From Deltaproteobacteria bacterium (lineage in GTDB: Bacteria; Myxococcota_A; UBA9042), in assembly GCA_020632665.1 (NCBI GenBank), contig JACKFC010000005.1, positions 7,915 to 71,914 on the forward strand: a stretch of DNA of 64,000 nucleotides, given 5' to 3'. Below, one piece after another: positions 62,858-64,000 of this stretch (positions are counted from its first letter, which is position 1; each line of letters starts with the position of its first letter). A model generated the notes under the pieces. It saw only the letters and a list, made by a program, of their open reading frames with translations. It was not told where the DNA came from and ran no database searches. Made by a program: the position numbers and the translations under genes.

Positions 62858-63642
62858 CCCCCTTCAACCTGCGGCACCGCAGCGCGGTCCTGCTCCGCTC
62901 GACGGCGGCCACCATCCGCGCCGGCGTTCCCGGTGTCGTCGTCTCCTGGCTCGGCAAGCCGGACCTGGAGGGCCATTACTCGCGCGACGTCTGGTCGACT
63001 CGCCTGCTCGAGATCGCCGGCGCCCGGCTCCACGTCGAAGGCCGGGACGGCATCGATTGGAGCCAGCCACACGTCGTCGTCAGCAACCACCAATCCGGCC
63101 TCGATATCCCGGTCGTCTTCTGTGCCATCCCGGCCGGTGTCGCCTTCGTCTCCAAGGCGGAGGTGCGCAAGGTGCCGATCCTCGGCTCGTACATGGAGTC
63201 GGTCGGTATGGTCTTCCTCGACCGCGGCCACGGCGACGCGGCGATGCGCGCGCTGCACGAGGCGGCCGGCCGGGTGCGGCGCGGACGCAGCCAGATCGTC
63301 GTCTTCGCCGAGGGAAAGCGCAGCGCCGACGGCCACGTCCGCCTGTTCAAGAACGGCGCCTTCGTCCTGGCCAAAGAAGCCGGCGTGGCCATCGTGCCGA
63401 TGGCGCTCGAGGGGGCCGACGAGGTCCTCGGCCCGCGCCCATTCGACACGATCCCGGGAGATGTCCACGCCCGCTTCGGCGCGCCGATCCCGGTCGCCGA
63501 CGTCGAGGCGCTCTCGGTCGAGGCGCTGCGCGACCGCACCCGCGCCGCGATCATCGAGATGAACTTGGCGATGGGCGGCAAGGGCGGCCTGGACCAATAC
63601 GCCCGCCGCGGCAAGGGGCCAGAAACAGGGACGCGCGCCTAG
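62854..63642 (+). CDS. plsC: 1-acyl-sn-glycerol-3-phosphate (lysophospholipid) acyltransferase
   Basis: HX4D motif VSNHQSGLDIP, FVSKAE, VFAEGKRS, IVPMAL. ATG at 62854 in an ATGA overlap with the upstream stop (62854-62857). Confidence 0.9.
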   Translation: MTPFNLRHRSAVLLRSTAATIRAGVPGVVVSWLGKPDLEGHYSRDVWSTRLLEIAGARLHVEGRDGIDWSQPHVVVSNHQSGLDIPVVFCAIPAGVAFVSKAEVRKVPILGSYMESVGMVFLDRGHGDAAMRALHEAAGRVRRGRSQIVVFAEGKRSADGHVRLFKNGAFVLAKEAGVAIVPMALEGADEVLGPRPFDTIPGDVHARFGAPIPVADVEALSVEALRDRTRAAIIEMNLAMGGKGGLDQYARRGKGPETGTRA

Positions 63643-64000
63643 CCGCGACCGCGCAGCATCGACCGTCGCGTCACCCGCTCCAGATCACGCCCGCACGCCT
63701 CGCGGAACGCAGCCCGGTGCTCAGCCGCGAAGCCCTCTTCGTAGGCCTCGACCTCACGCGCGCCGCCGAAGACGAGTTGCTCGACCAAGCGCCCGTCGTC
63801 GTATTCGAGCAGGCGCGCGCCGCGCACACCGGGGACGGTACGAACCGTCGGCAGGTGGTGCGCCGCGAGCCAGCGACGCACTTCGGCGCGGCGTTCGTCC
63901 TCGGCGATGCCGACCTCGGATTCGAGCACGACCGGGCCGGCCTTGGCTTCGGCCAACAGGGTCGCCAGCTCGTCGAGGCTGTCGATCGTCAGGTCGGCGT
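63639..64000 (-). CDS. Hypothetical protein, 5' end outside window (C-terminal ferredoxin-like/Dabb-type domain possible)
   Basis: The frame stays open past the track's TTG (63956) to the window edge (…ADLTIDSLDELATLLAEAKAGPVVLESE…). The C-terminal pattern WLAAHHLPTVRTVPGVRGARLLEY...EVEAYEEGFAAEH resembles Dabb/DUF4286-like folds. The stop shares CTAG with plsC. Confidence 0.55.
   Translation of the reverse strand, partial: ADLTIDSLDELATLLAEAKAGPVVLESEVGIAEDERRAEVRRWLAAHHLPTVRTVPGVRGARLLEYDDGRLVEQLVFGGAREVEAYEEGFAAEHRAAFREACGRDLERVTRRSMLRGRG

Noticed and set aside
63639-63642. Shared palindromic CTAG providing the stop codons of two convergent genes
   Set aside because: It is real in the sequence, but it is a trivial consequence of TAG stops on both strands. 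No functional implication can be supported.

Overview
High-GC (~70%) bacterial chromosomal segment. It looks Myxococcota-like by inference only: many lipobox lipoproteins, a Hanks-type kinase, a giant IPT/TIG protein, a myxococcal-type cysteine-rich repeat and a TPR-CHAT protein. I call about 44 protein-coding genes, tightly packed, with many 1-4 nt start/stop overlaps. I recognised no rRNA, tRNA, CRISPR array, transposase or integrase. Most long ORFs in the six-frame track are Arg/Pro/Ala/Gly-rich shadow frames of real genes and were discarded. Main blocks: (1) 302-3696, PEGA protein, Cys-tailed metallophosphoesterase and a small low-GC ORF. (2) 3862-11026 (+), threonine aldolase, fused 2Fe-2S/molybdopterin aldehyde oxidoreductase, a degenerate GGDEF-like protein and two amidohydrolases. 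(3) 11108-21856 (+), S9 peptidase, then an all-exported cluster (trypsin-like lipoprotein, unknown secreted protein, TPR-CHAT, HExxH protein) plus dCMP deaminase. (4) 21876-24332 (-), a lower-GC chimeric fibre/adhesin-like secreted protein. (5) 24422-35093 (-), GATase, repeat lipoprotein, SppA with an extra N-terminal barrel-like domain, a 1386-aa IPT/TIG lipoprotein, YgfZ and a P-loop kinase. (6) 35184-40036 (+), PepP, Ser/Thr kinase, an unknown protein and an SGNH hydrolase. (7) 39864-59200 (-), the most interesting region: a MoxR-DUF58-VWA (Bat-type) operon with unusual fusions, translationally coupled to extra lipoproteins, a FadL-type barrel, a Cys-rich lipoprotein, a PilZ-like protein and an esterase. 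(8) 59334-64000, a lipoprotein, a LuxE-like adenylating enzyme overlapping PlsC, and a partial ORF. All domain calls come from motif recognition by eye on the translated ORFs. No database search was run.
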